Below, piece by piece: positions 8,543-20,837 of a stretch of DNA of 64,000 nt. Source of the DNA: Cyanidioschyzon merolae. Its lineage: Eukaryota. The position numbers and the translations under genes were made by a program. The stretch is taken from assembly GCA_000091205.1 (NCBI GenBank), contig AP006496.2; one strand, 5' to 3'. Under the pieces are notes generated by a model. It was not told where the DNA came from. It saw only the letters and a list, made by a program, of their open reading frames with translations, and searched no databases. How positions within the stretch are numbered: position 1 is the stretch's first letter; each line of letters starts with the position of its first letter.

Positions 8543-11151
8543 CCTCTCATTCCCAATCCGTTATAGCGTTCGTCCGTGCTCGTGATGCTTGTGTCTCGTA
8601 GGCAGCGCATCGACAGGAATCGTGCAGCGTCGATCCCGGCACCATTGTTGTATACGTTCCCGTCGAAGGAGCGCAAGTGCAGCCATTCCGCGTTACGGCA
8701 CATCGAGCGGCATGGACCACCCCCAAACAGCGCGATTCATCGGTGATTTCGTAATTCGCCCCATTGAGGGATTTGGTGAATGCATGCATCTTGCCTGCAT
8801 ACCACCGAGACCAGTTGCGACTCCAGCAAGCTTTCGTACAGTGCTGTCAGAGGTCATCAGCGTGAGCCGTTTGGACGCCCATGTATTCTCGGAGAGACGC
8901 GTGCACAGTGTGCCATGCTGCTCGGTACGATGCTCTGAGCGTTGAGATGGGCCCTGGCGCGCCGCCATTCCACTTGTTGATACGCAGAATGGGGTTTATC
9001 TTGCCCGATTCTTGATGATCACAAAGTCCCGGAAAATTTGGTCAGCGCCATCAGGTTTTTGTTCAGGTATTTGGCTACGTCCTGATGATGTAGAGGTACG
9101 GCGACGGCCGCGACGCACTGCAGACCGGATGCGACGCCCATCACGAAGCCTTCACTCCATCTACCTTGACCATTTCGAAATGCATCTCTTTGCCTGACAG
9201 GGCCTCGGATCTACCAAGTGCATCTACACTGATATCCCGTCAGACATCGAAACCCTTGTGAACTCCTTTCCATTTCTGTCCTGCAAACGAGAAATCTTGG
9301 ACGGGTTTCGCCAATGCCCTCCGTGAAGTTGTTCAAATGCTGCACAGACGCTCGCAAAGACTGGGCGTGACCCTCCGATGGGACCATACAGTACTGAACG
9401 GTCTCTATTGATATGATTAGCCTGCATCTCATAGATGCAAACCATGTCGAATAGACGCCTCAGGAAGCGAGGGCGCTCGGATTCCGGGAGCGCATCTGTT
9501 TTGCTGACGAGGCATCTATTCAGAGGCGAGCAGTAGTGCAAGATGCACGCAAGGCGGATATCACGTCCTTGCCATCTTTTGGATACAACGCTTGTCGGTC
9601 CGCGGCCGAGGGCAATGCGGCGAGCCTGGACGCTCTGAAGAAATTGTCGTTCTCACTGGTACCTCTCTTCGAAATGCGCTACCATTTCGATCTCGTTCGC
9701 CACCGCCAGCTCGCTATTTGCCTTGATCGACACCCGACGGGGCGCTTCCATCAGTACCCAGTTTCCGGGGTCAGTAAGGCGAAAGTACAACGCCAGCAAT
9801 GTGCGCCTTGTAATCCGGTCATCATTAACCCAAACACATTTTTGAGTTGTGGGCTTGGTTTGATACTTTTTGGCATATGCGCCGTACGAGTTCCGATCGC
9901 AAAGGAGGCGGAGCGACGTGTCACATTTGCTGGGAAGAATGTGCACAAATCCTGGATCTTACTATCAGTCCGTATTGCGCCTTCTGTCCAGATCATCCGT
10001 TACATCGTCGCAAGAGTCTTTGATTGACAAATTCCAGAGGAAGGAGGGCAGCTCGCTGTCCTTCGTCCAGACCCCATACAAACAGTTTCGCAACGAGATG
10101 TTTGTCAAGGAGAGTGAAGCGAAGCGAGCCTTCCTCAAATTGGAAGCTCCGCAATCCCTGGTGACGTGCTGCATCCTTTTTTGTGCCGCGGAGGCGAACG
10201 ATTGGTCTGTTGGTCCATGGGCGGCAAATGGTGTCTGGCGACAGAGAGCACGCCTTCGAATGGATCGAACCAGGGAGAACAGTCTGGCACGAACACCAGT
10301 TCGACCCGAATCCGAGTTGCGTATTCCTTGATCTCATCTCTACGAACAGCGGTTTGCCTCTCCCGGAGCACCTACATGCAGGCCTACCATTTTTTCCCGA
10401 GACATGTCTCGTCGAGTGAAACGAAAACTGTCGCTCCTTTACCAAGCTTTCGCGTTCCAGTACGAAATCGATCGCAAGTCATCGAATGCACGATGATCTC
10501 GCAAAGACGAGTGCTTTTTTCTTGGCTCATCCGTGTCTTCATCACCGTCCGTACGAACTGTACGAAAACGTGCCATTCCGGTGCTTCTTTCGCAGTATTT
10601 CATGGAGAATGTATGAAGTGGAATGGATTGACGAGGAGGCAGTCGTTACGACGGACTTTAAGTTCCGTATCGGGTGCACGACGTTCAGGGTAAGGACAAC
10701 GAGCGGGCTGGTTCATGCACCTGCTGACAACAGCGTGACTAGCTTGTCATCGTAAGGCCGTTTACTGCAAGCTAGTGGTGACAGCATCACGTCTTTCCAC
10801 GACCATTCTTCAGTCTACTAGATCCACTTTTTTTGTCGAATGCCTGCGAGAAAAACGAACAAAAAAGTAATGTTTGCATACCTGCTCCAGAATTCACTGC
10901 TCTGAGTATTCCACGGGTTGCGGGTGCTGGTCGTGGGTGGACCTTCCCGAGCCCGCGTGTTTTGGACACATTCCTGCCCGCGTTTCGACGGCGGCAGTGC
11001 TGTGAGGCCGTGCGCTGCACCCTCATCCCATGTGAAACAACGCTGCACCCTGTACCACGAGGCACGACGGAAACACGATCCCAGTCCACAGATGACAGCT
11101 TTGCGGGATTCGTGAACGGTACGCTCAAGCCGCGGGGCTTTTTAGAGAGCC

Positions 11152-11646
11152 TTACAGCCAGGCTGGTGGATTTTCCGGTATCCGCACGAGGTCGACATCG
11201 AAGAGTTCAATGAACTGTTCGTTGAGAAGGCGCACTTTTCCTCCGACGTATCGGCGATACTCCTCCAGAACAGAGGTCAAGTTCCACTGCTGGAGCTTGC
11301 GCAAGCAACCTATCACGGTTCCCGTCCGATGTCGACCAAGGTTACACATAACGTGGAGCGGGTAGTTTTCCGTGTCCAGAATAACGTCCAGCGCAGCGAG
11401 CACAACCTCTTCAGAGATCGGCATCCAAGGTGTCTGATCGCTGTCCCAGCCAACAGGAACGAGTTCGATGTCGTGATCGTCTAGAAAATTGAGAAACTGC
11501 GGCGGGAGCTCATCCGGTGAGAGGTATAGCACCTTGCGCAAGTTCAACTTTTCCAGGAACGGGTAGTTTAGCTCGTTTGGCACCCCCGAGCGGTAGAGGT
11601 CCTCCTCGACCCAGCTAAAGTTTATCGGAGGTATAAAGCTGCCCAT
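11152..11646 (-). CDS. Plant-and-fungi atypical dual-specificity (Siw14-like, PFA-DSP) protein tyrosine phosphatase.
   Basis: Active-site CX5R loop HVMCNLGRHRTGTVIGCLRKLQQW. The overall similarity to Siw14/PFA-DSP includes the LSPDELPPQFLNFL...IELV segment. Confidence 0.8.
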   Translation of the reverse strand: MGSFIPPINFSWVEEDLYRSGVPNELNYPFLEKLNLRKVLYLSPDELPPQFLNFLDDHDIELVPVGWDSDQTPWMPISEEVVLAALDVILDTENYPLHVMCNLGRHRTGTVIGCLRKLQQWNLTSVLEEYRRYVGGKVRLLNEQFIELFDVDLVRIPENPPAWL

Positions 11647-12731
11647 AGTGAATCCATTTACTTCAGTAACACTTTTGTATAGTTCCCGAAAAACGCCAGC
11701 ACTCCTCGTCGCCTAGGATCAAGACGAAAAACACTGCTCGTATTGGGCAATCAGTGTCCTTGGACGCGAGTCGTTCGCTGGAACGCCTGAAACGGTGCAG
11801 CGTAGCCGGGGGCCCGCGGAAGCCTCGCCTGCGGATGCTCTAGCCGCCGGCTACCAGGCAAAGCGTATGAACATTCTGACTCAGTCTAGCGTTGAAATGT
11901 ATCCACAGCAAATGCGTCGCCGTGGACGCTAAGCCTTCACGCAGACGCTGGTTTCAGCGGAGCGGCACAGGATCGCCTTGGCTTCGTGCACGCAGCTTTC
12001 AGTCGTGGATAGCCTCAGTTGTATAGGATGCGGGAAACAAACATGTACCTTGCAGCGCAACCCGTAATTTTCATTCCTAGCAATGATACGAACATCAGCG
12101 TCGTCGCATCGAGTTTAGATCCCTGGTCAGGACAGAGCCGTACGAAGCAGCAGTTCTCTGGGCATGAGCTCTGCTTGTTATCGACTGAGGCAGCGAGTCC
12201 TAATGACTGCGCGCTCCTCTCTTTCAACTGCGTGCAATGAGTGTTTTGAGAGTGCCAGTTCGACTCTGAGGTTGCGCCCTCTCCATTACTGGGACTCGCA
12301 TGGTGGTCGGGCTCGAGCCTCGTCGCCGACTGGCGCAAAGCCCGCCTGACCGGCCACATTTACGTGTTGCCTATATGGAGCGTGCCATGCCTATCGAAGG
12401 CCAGGCTGGAATGCGTTCAACCCTCGGATATATCCGTGATTCCGGTGGCTACAATTCGCCGTCCAGCTCGGACGCTTCTGGAGACGGTTTGCTTGAAAAC
12501 ACGGGAAACAGTTGTCGCATGTCGAACGCCGAGTTGCAACGTTGTCCATTCTCGGAGACATCCCTAGCTCCTCTAGCAACGATTCCGGTCAAGTACAAGC
12601 GAGTCTGCGGGCTGTACGTCTTCAAATCTGAGACCAGTTTGTACTTTCATTGAATACTTTGTTCGCTCCAGCGTCGTGCGCTCTCGGCGTGCGAACTGTC
12701 GCATTCCAAGGCACGGCCCGGCAGACGCGGA

Positions 12732-13394
12732 TCACAGTCCATAAATGCACACCTGCTCCGGATCAGTGCCTGTGACGCTCATAAGAGCGGTGGTCGACGC
12801 GACCCCGTTGATGCTCACGTTGCTGACGGTTGGAATGAAAAAGGCAAACGTTTGACCCCTGCTACAGTTCCTGGGAAGGAAAGCCAGGATCGCGTTCGTC
12901 GCCGTGATATTGAAACTCACCGAATGGAACTGAAAGTTCTCAGACACAATCGGAATATCCAAGTCGCAACAAGTCCCTGGACAGAGTTTTACCGTCGGAA
13001 CGAGTGCGGTCGCGTTGATGTACGCTAGCAAGTGCGAAGCACACCCGCTCGAGGGGGCTCCCGTCTCGCGCGCCTGCTCTGCCCGCACCGATATCCCTGC
13101 GGTGCTGCCTGCTGCGTTCTCACACACGGCGAGCCCGAAGCCTCGTCCCCCACAGAGGGTTTCCACAGTGCACTCAGTGCTGCAGTCACTCACGATATGT
13201 GCGTTCTCTGTCGTCCCGCAGACGTACGTGCACAGGTCCAACGCACTGCAGCTTTGAGGCAGACAGTTTAGGAGCACCAACGTCAGCAGTGTACAGAGAA
13301 AGAGTGGGTGAAGGCGAGCTCCGGACCTTGTCCCGGAACTGACCGCATCTTTCTTCCAAGGTAAGTTGTAAAGTTTTGGACTGCAGGGGTTCAT
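12732..13394 (-). CDS. Secreted cysteine-rich hypothetical protein, paralog 1.
   Basis: A hydrophobic signal-peptide-like segment (LFLCTLLTLVLLNCLPQSCSA) is followed by a Cys-rich mature region. It is paralogous to 15748..16395 (LCPGTCCDLD versus LCLERCCDKE; FHSVSFNITA versus HTIFSLDSL; similar C-termini). Confidence 0.45.
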   Translation of the reverse strand: MNPCSPKLYNLPWKKDAVSSGTRSGARLHPLFLCTLLTLVLLNCLPQSCSALDLCTYVCGTTENAHIVSDCSTECTVETLCGGRGFGLAVCENAAGSTAGISVRAEQARETGAPSSGCASHLLAYINATALVPTVKLCPGTCCDLDIPIVSENFQFHSVSFNITATNAILAFLPRNCSRGQTFAFFIPTVSNVSINGVASTTALMSVTGTDPEQVCIYGL

Positions 13395-13596
13395 CAGAAA
13401 ACCAAGACAAGGTAATCGTCAGCCAAGAGTACGTACTCGATCGTATGAAACCGGCAATAGCATCCTCATCTGTGTGACGCATCTGTTTAGGATGCGCGTT
13501 CAGTGGAAAACGCCACGAATCATGGTGTTGCGAGATCGATACATTCAGTGGGATTCTTCAGATGCGATGTTGCTGCCAGAATATAAATATCAACCA

Positions 13597-14982
13597 AAAA
13601 AATCGAATAGGTCTGCTTTGCTAACTTGGGTATAGACGCTAACGTTTGGATGCCTTGCAAGTGTCATCGACAGAAGCGTTTGCACGCGTTTTTCGTCGAT
13701 GACTGTTTCAGTGTGTGTGTGTGTGTGTCCTCTCTGTCGCCCGTATATCCGGATTCCAATACACTGGTCTTGATGCATCTGCGTCCAGTTCTGTCGCCTT
13801 TGGACGACAAATATTGATGGTAGCGTGCAGGTCCCGGTTTCTCCGCCTCCGGCTGTTGCCGACGCATACCAGGCTCATACGAATGTTGCGATCAGCACTG
13901 CGCTTGCAGTGTTCTTTTTCTGCGTTTACAGCCTCGGTGCGCGCTTTGCAGCTGTGACAAATGACTGAGGTCAGGTGTTTTCGTATGGCCACCAGACCGT
14001 CCCCTCCGAGATCCGCGCTGTGGCACGTGGACGGTTGCATCATCGACCAGTACGTACACCTGACGTGTCCAGCAGGCGCCCGTCGACGCCTTGCTCTGGT
14101 GCTGTGCTCGGTACCGTACCCAGCGATCACAAGGCTTGTTCTGGACGATCTCGTCGACGAGTACAGTGTCCGCAGCCCACGCGTGAGCGGTCACTGCTCC
14201 GTTCAGTGGGGTATTGGCGGCAAACGATGTTGTTTACGATGAAACAAGTCCTCGAAGAAATATCCAGGCTGGAGATGGAGTCGAGAAATTCCGATCAGTC
14301 TCCGATCCCTTCGTGCTAAGCGATGACGCATGCCCCACTGGAAGCGATCGCTACGATGACGCAACTCGGTGTGTCCCAGACACTTTTCCATGCAAATAGA
14401 AGCAACCACAGCGTCCCAGCGCATATCCGCTTTGAGGTATGATGTTCTTGTCGAACGCGGTTCCGTCGATGATCTCGAAGCGGGGAGCATTTGTCTTCCA
14501 AAACGGAGTCGATTACTTGACGTGACATGTTCTGTGAACTTGAGGCATGAGCGCTCGAAGTAGTCGTCAAGCGACGACACCCATGATTCCGCTTTCCGTA
14601 TGAAAGTGGCGCGAATGGCAGCGCCCGTCAGTTGCCTCGGGATCGACTGATCCAAAACCTGAAGAATGTGTGCGATTCGAGCATGCTGCACGCAAGGCAA
14701 GGCAAATGCTGCAGTCTTACGCGTCTGAAAAGGATAATCATATCTGTTATTCCGCGAGCGCTTGTTCGTGTGCATACCGAGTCATGTTGCTACAGGTGAC
14801 GTTCCGAGTGCCAAGCGCGGTAGACCCGAACGCGCCGCTCCGAAAGCAAGTCACAGATTCCGTAAACGACCTCTGAAACGGTACGCCTTTACTGCTGCAC
14901 GTCGAATGTCGAGCATGCACATCTCCAGAAAAAAAAACCTCGGAAAAATCAAAAGGCGGGAAAATAGCCTGCAGTTCAGCGT
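13597..14982 (-). mobile_element. Copy A (minus orientation) of a roughly 1.4-kb dispersed repeat that encodes a frame-interrupted TnpB/Fanzor-like protein. It carries a (CA)n tract near its 3' end.
   Basis: It is more than 95% identical to 30319..31690 and 51645..52972, while the flanking sequence is unrelated. Coding order is a 190-aa ORF (MHTNKRSRNN...RRLIGISRLHLQPGYFFEDLF), then ...TVLVDEIVQNKPCDRW..., then ...CHSCKAR...HCKR...NRDLHATINICRPK. This is an RuvC-I/II/III-like order with a zinc finger before the last motif. Confidence 0.6.
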
Positions 14983-15747
14983 TCTCTTTTAATTTTATAC
15001 GGGCGCAGAGCATAGGTCGCCGTTCTTCTTGTATCGCTTCCATGTCCCGTGCATTCCAGTTCGATCTAGCCGATGGAAGCGGAGGCTCCATCGATCCCGC
15101 GATGCCTTAGATGCCGAGAAATCCGCGGACACCAGCTGCAGCGGTGTATGCGACGCAAGCGCTACCCATGCCCAGCTCCAAAATGGTTCTCCGATACCCT
15201 GACCGATAATGCCGAATGGTCTTCTTCTCACACCCGCATGATTGTCGCTTCGCGATGCAGCGAACGTGATCCAGGGCCAAAGCCCCGCCTTCGACATATC
15301 ATGCAGCGAGGAGCGGAAGCCGGCAGTCCAGTGGTAGCACTCGTGCCTCGCCCCCGGGGGCTATGGGTATTGCGCTTTTGGAAAAACCCGCGCACGAGAC
15401 ACGCCCCGATCCGACATCATTTTTCATCGATGGGGTCAGCGCTACAGAGCCCAACAATGCAAGCCGGGGATCATCACGCTGGTTGGATCCTTCCCAGCCG
15501 CAATCGAACGCTCCTCTGGAACTGGGCGCTGTCTCCCTCGGAGGGAATTTTTTCACTTGCGAGTCCGTCGGTAAGGCATTCCCAACTTAGCGCACACACA
15601 GGCGCCAACACCCGAGCACCAACACTGGTTATTCAATCTGCTCCGATGACAGTGCTTCGTCCTTGACCTCGCTCAAGATGCTACGGATGTTGCATCCGTG
15701 GACGTGTAGCGTAGAGCCGGCTACGGTGCCGAGATCGTGGGAGATGG

Positions 15748-16395
15748 CTAGGAAGCGGCAACCAATGCTGGGAGCGTGTAGACACAGGAAGCCGCGAGCT
15801 GCGGCTTGTACAACACAACCAACGACTGATTCATATCTTGACCATTGACCGTGCTTTGACCTGCAAACGCATAATAAAGATTGGTGGCTGCATCGCATGT
15901 CTCCGGCAGCAGCGCACCCAGCGTCCCGTCAGCCGTTAGCTCGTACGACCCCAGCAAAATATCCACCGCGGTGGCCGCCAACGTGACCTCTTTGTCGCAG
16001 CAGCGCTCGAGACAGAGCTTCCCGGGTTTAATCTTTAAACTGTCGAGGGAAAATATGGTGTGCACGCTCCCTGGGCAATGTGACGTCCCGGTGCTGAGCG
16101 CAGCGTCCAGCGATCCCTGCAAACTCAGGTATACGCTTCCGTTTCCCTCTGAGCTTAAACACAGGCCTGAAAACGACTTTCCGCTAGCGCAAAGATTCGA
16201 TGGGAGACAGTCGCTGAGGCAGGATCCAACTTCGCGGGAACGAGCAGGTGACCCTCCACAGGTGAACACACACGAGCTGCTTTCAACATAAACAACGCTG
16301 TAGAAGAGAAAACTAGAAAGGAGCGGCAAGAGGACCCAGAAACGCCCACGTCGCCTGCCTTCCACAGCCGAAGCCGCTGCAGTATTGCTCACCAT
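15748..16395 (-). CDS. Secreted cysteine-rich hypothetical protein, paralog 2.
   Basis: N-terminal signal-like sequence MVSNTAAASAVEGRRRGRFWVLLPLLSSFLFYSVVYVESSSC. Cys spacing and motifs are shared with 12732..13394. Confidence 0.45.
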   Translation of the reverse strand: MVSNTAAASAVEGRRRGRFWVLLPLLSSFLFYSVVYVESSSCVFTCGGSPARSREVGSCLSDCLPSNLCASGKSFSGLCLSSEGNGSVYLSLQGSLDAALSTGTSHCPGSVHTIFSLDSLKIKPGKLCLERCCDKEVTLAATAVDILLGSYELTADGTLGALLPETCDAATNLYYAFAGQSTVNGQDMNQSLVVLYKPQLAASCVYTLPALVAAS

Positions 16396-18366
16396 ACTTT
16401 TCTCTATAAGGTTACTGTTGAAGTGAATATGAGAAGACTATTGTCTATTGAAGAGCATTAACCGTATCCGCTCGCTCTACAAAGCATCTCGGCGATCGGC
16501 CTCGTGGCGTGTGATCTGCATTGCCTCGGAAGAGCGCTGGACAACGTTTCTACCATGTGCTGCCTCCATATGCAGATTTTGCGTACGCAGTAGCCTTCCT
16601 ACGGCCGAGGCATTCATCATAGACTCTTGTATTTCAGACGCATGGTCGTCAGCTGAAGCGACAGTTGGGTCGTTTTTGCTGTTAGGATCACAGCGGGCTT
16701 CCTGGGTGCGAAGCTCGAGCTGGGCACAGAGATGCCAGCCCGCTGGTGGTGCCCCGACGCACGCCCCGGGCCTTGAGTCCCGTATCGCGGAGTATAGGCG
16801 TGCAGCAGTGCGGTCGCGTAGGCCGTAGCGTCCCTGGACGGATAGAGCGCTCGGTGAACCGGACAATTGACGACGGGCCGCACCGCAGGGCAAGAAGCAA
16901 GTGAGCGAATCCGCAGTTAGCCCCTTCGAGCAGAAAAAGAAATGATACTGAGGACGGAGACAACCTCTGCGACGACTGGGAAGAATACAACTGTATGCGC
17001 AGATGTCTACTGCTGTCTTGTAGGAAGCTTCTACGTAGACGCGTCATCCAGGTGTAAGAGCGGCCCGAGCGCAGTATACCTTTGAATATGTTCTCTAAAG
17101 CGCAGTCAAGGGTGCGGGACTTGAATCTTTCACTGTGCTTTTTAACAGGCATGCGGAACCGATGGACGTGGGTCGACGTCAGCGAGTGCCTGATTGCGAA
17201 TGAGCCGCACGCGGAGGAGGCGGATGGTTCAGGTCATAGCTTGCGTGAGTACAACATCCTCTAATCAGGAATTCTGGTATCGATATGACGTTGTATGGCA
17301 GGATTTGGAGACCGTTCCGGAACCTGCTGCCCAGTGCCCGTTTCCAGCCGTCGCAAATATACAAACCGGACGCATTCGATAGCCATGTGGAGATTTTCGT
17401 GCTTGCCCGGATCGATGCAACACTGTGCACTTTTCTAAGCGTGTTGAGTACCTAGTCCAGAGACATCCTATGAGAATCCAGGAGCGAGTTGCGTTTTCCC
17501 TGCTGCGCTTTCTTCAACATAGACCTCCCGCCCCCCAAAATGACATCTACTTGCAATACCACAACGTTTTCGCTCTAACTTCTGCGCCTACAATGCCAGT
17601 GAATCCCAACCGTTGGTATCCCGTTCTCTCTGAGAGACCAGGTCCGTTCGATTTTTCGGAAGCGTTCTACCTCTTTCGACGAAATAGGTCGAACAGCACA
17701 CCTCCTTCTGACTGAATGCAATCGGGAATATATTGAAGTCGAAGTTTTCGCCGAAGTAGTCTAGTGCAAATGCCTCCTCGGCGCCTGCCAACGCCCATGG
17801 ATTCAGGGGAGCACCCGCTGAGACTCCTCAGTCTTGCTCCAGAAGAAGCAAGTGCATGCGGAGCTTCTGCACTAGAGCTGGAACCTGGAAATCCTCGCGT
17901 ATAAGGTAAGTTCGATGACCCCGCAACTGCCAACCTCCGTGTATCCTGGAGAACGTCCATTGACCTACAACGAGCTCGTTCCCGGACAAAGTGCAGCGCA
18001 TGCAAATGGTAGCCGCCTGCTGGCCAAAGAACTTGGTTTGCGCTGTGGACGGCCCGGCGTTTCCGGTACGAAGCGCGTACCTGGATCGTAACACGTAACC
18101 TATCTGACGACGAGGAGCGCCCTAACGACCCTTTGGAAACTGCGGGACGCGCAAGGTCGTTGCAGCGCTCCCGAGAACAGCTTTCACGCTCGGGTACACG
18201 TGTGCGAAGCGGCAGCGGGGAATAGTCAGAGACAGGCAACCCGGACGGACCACGAAACGGGCATTCAATGTACAAAAACCCTACATAGAGCATCTGCGCT
18301 GTCTCTTGCGTTCCTGAGGCGTCTCCAGACGAAGCGGCTACCTGGAACGCAGCAGCGCTGGGCTCG

Positions 18367-20385
18367 ATGCCGTTTCGGAGAGTGCTCATCGCAAACCGAG
18401 GGGAAATTGTGCGACGAGCAGCCAAAACGCTTCGGAAGCTCAATATCGAGCCTGTTGTTGTTTATACCAAAGCGGATGAAACAGGAACACACGTTCGAGA
18501 AGCAGTCCGAAAGCAGCGAATCGAGTCCTACGTCTCCATAAGCGAGGTCGTTGCTGCAGCTCGCAGGGCACGCGCAGACGCGGTCTTTCCGGGTTATGGC
18601 TTCCTCGCAGAGAGAGCCGACTGTGCAGATGCCGTTCAGCAGGCAGGCATGACGTTTATAGGACCGTCTGCACGTGCCATTGCTCGACTGAGCGATAAAA
18701 TTGAAGCGAAAAAGTTCGTGAAAGCGCTCGGCATCCCTGTCGTGCCGGGTTACGTGGATCCACTTGAGCATGTTGACCACGCAGGCTATATTGCCAGAGA
18801 GCTGGGCTTCCCGGTTGTTCTCAAGGCTGCATCCGGAGGCGGCGGTCGAGGGCTCCGCGTCATCCACCACGAACAGGAGCTGCGTACCCAGTTTGAGGTC
18901 TGTGCTGCCGAGGCGAAACAGGCGTTCGGCGACTCCCGGCTGCTCCTCGAGAAATACCTCGAGCCAGTACGTCACATTGAGGTGCAGATACTCGGTGATC
19001 GCCACGGGAATCTGGTTGTCTTTCCAGAGCGCGAATGCAGCATCCAGCGCCATAACCAGAAGCTACTGGAAGAATCGCCGAGTCCGCTCGTCGATAAGCG
19101 CCTGCGCTGGCGACTCTTCCACGATGCCTCCAGAATTGCGCGTGCTATCGAGTACGATTCGGTGGGGACAGTGGAATTCCTCGTGCATGCGCACACGAAA
19201 GAGCATTTTTTTCTGGAAATGAACGCGCGACTCCAGGTTGAACACGCTGTGAGTGAGGCGGTCACCGGTGTAGACCTCATCGAACACATGATTCGGGCGG
19301 CATCGAACCAGGTTGTCGATCTAGATGAACCCGAGAACATCACCAGACTCGAGTTGGATCACGATCCACCGTTTGAAACGTGCCGAATGCTGCGCTCGCG
19401 AGGCTGGGCCCTGGAGGCGCGTATCTGCGCAGAGGGCTGGTCTGCGGGCTCACTGGTACCCAGTACAGGTCGCCTGCACAAGTTTCGCCTTCCCGTATCG
19501 CAACCTGGGGTGCGCGTCGACAGCGGCTACGATGAGGGCGATTCGGTTTCGCCACTCTTCGACTCGCTGCTGACCAAGGTGATCGCTCACGGAGAAACGA
19601 GAACCGCGGCACGTCGAAGACTGGCTCTGGCGCTCGACGCGTTGCTCATTGATGGCGTCGAGCACACAACAGGTCTGTTGCGGGATATTGTCGCCAAGGA
19701 TGCAGATTTTGCGAACGGGATATACACTACCCGTTTTCTGAAAGATTACGCTCTGCATTTCAACGAGTCCGATGCGCGCAGAGCGCTCCAGCTCATGGCA
19801 AATCGAATGAAGGTCGATCCTGGGACCAAGAAACCGATTGCAGCGCTTACCGTCGAATATGGACTAGTGCGCTTTGACCGGGAGCATGACACGGTGGCAG
19901 GTTCGGTTGCGAGTTCTGGAGCCACAGCGCCGCTGCCTCTGCAGGACAGCGACGGACTTGACGCCCTGTCGGACACGCCCGAGTCGCCGTTGTTCGTGAT
20001 GGCACCACGCAGAGCTCCTCGGCTGCTGTTTCGCGGTATGCCTATCACTGTGCAGCGCCTTTTCGATGAAGACGAGCTGATGCTTTGGGAGCGCATCCGA
20101 AAGCCAGTATCAGCAGCGCCAGTCGAGGCGAATGCTTGGCGAGCCCTGCATGCGCCCATGCCCGGTATACTCGTTGCAGTCCTAGTTTCCGTGGGTGACG
20201 AGGTTCAGCCAAAGCAGCCGGTGGCGATACTGGAATCCATGAAAATGCGGAACATGCTCCACGCTCCATCCTTGCCTCCAGGTGCGCAAACACTTGTCGT
20301 TGGTTCGATTCGCGCCGCTGTAGGCACCGTGCTGCGCAAGGGTGACCTCATCCTCGAGTTTTCCTTACCGACTTTTACGACTTAG
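18367..20385 (+). CDS. Biotin-dependent acyl-CoA carboxylase alpha subunit (MCCA/PCCA-like): biotin carboxylase domain plus a C-terminal biotinyl (BCCP) domain.
   Basis: N-terminus MPFRRVLIANRGEIVRRAAKT. ATP-grasp and biotin-carboxylase motifs (GGGGRGLRV, EMNARLQVEHAVSE). C-terminal biotinyl domain with the biotinyl-lysine motif ILESMKMRNML. Confidence 0.9.
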   Translation: MPFRRVLIANRGEIVRRAAKTLRKLNIEPVVVYTKADETGTHVREAVRKQRIESYVSISEVVAAARRARADAVFPGYGFLAERADCADAVQQAGMTFIGPSARAIARLSDKIEAKKFVKALGIPVVPGYVDPLEHVDHAGYIARELGFPVVLKAASGGGGRGLRVIHHEQELRTQFEVCAAEAKQAFGDSRLLLEKYLEPVRHIEVQILGDRHGNLVVFPERECSIQRHNQKLLEESPSPLVDKRLRWRLFHDASRIARAIEYDSVGTVEFLVHAHTKEHFFLEMNARLQVEHAVSEAVTGVDLIEHMIRAASNQVVDLDEPENITRLELDHDPPFETCRMLRSRGWALEARICAEGWSAGSLVPSTGRLHKFRLPVSQPGVRVDSGYDEGDSVSPLFDSLLTKVIAHGETRTAARRRLALALDALLIDGVEHTTGLLRDIVAKDADFANGIYTTRFLKDYALHFNESDARRALQLMANRMKVDPGTKKPIAALTVEYGLVRFDREHDTVAGSVASSGATAPLPLQDSDGLDALSDTPESPLFVMAPRRAPRLLFRGMPITVQRLFDEDELMLWERIRKPVSAAPVEANAWRALHAPMPGILVAVLVSVGDEVQPKQPVAILESMKMRNMLHAPSLPPGAQTLVVGSIRAAVGTVLRKGDLILEFSLPTFTT

Positions 20386-20837
20386 AGGCGTGCTTCGCCC
20401 CACCAGCAGCGGCATCATTAGAAGTGACAGCGGTACGTGCGCTGCCGGCCTCTGCTGGTACCCCTTCGGGGACGTCCTGCTACCCAGCGCAACCAGAGTA
20501 GGCCGCAGGTAAAGCCAACGAACCGCTTAGGTGACAACTACCAGCGCGTACAGCAGCTGGCAGTGGTGTCCGCCGCCCTCGACTGGAGAATACTCTCTTT
20601 GACCGTGAAACGTTACCGTGAGGTCTGTCGTGCGCGGAGCCTCACTGGGAGAGTCACCACGCCGTGCAACACCTGGAACGCTCGAGGATAGCGTCAGCTT
20701 CAGAGGACTTATAGTGCCCGCACGCTCATCGGTTGATACCGAGTTCTTGAATGTTTAAACTTTCACAGGATACGCGTATGACTGTCTCGTTTGTTGAGGT
20801 GTCGCGTTGACGCACACGGACGCGGGCGCAGCTTTGC

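Noticed and set aside
13719-13735. (GT)8/(CA)n tracts at 13719, 31566 and 52846 as independent microsatellite loci.
   Set aside because: They occupy the same internal position of each repeat-family copy, so they are part of the mobile element near its 3' end and not independent loci.
16477-18443. Long ORFs of 138-258 aa on the minus strand between the Cys-rich gene and the carboxylase gene.
   Set aside because: They are low-complexity, Arg/Ser/Ala-rich and overlap each other in different frames with no motifs. They are likely GC-driven open frames in intergenic or UTR sequence.
18265-19343. Antisense ORFs (262 aa, 123 aa and others) overlapping the biotin carboxylase gene.
   Set aside because: These are typical spurious open frames on the opposite strand of a GC-rich coding region, with no recognisable motifs. 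The same applies to antisense ORFs across the ABCC, karyopherin-like and RT regions.
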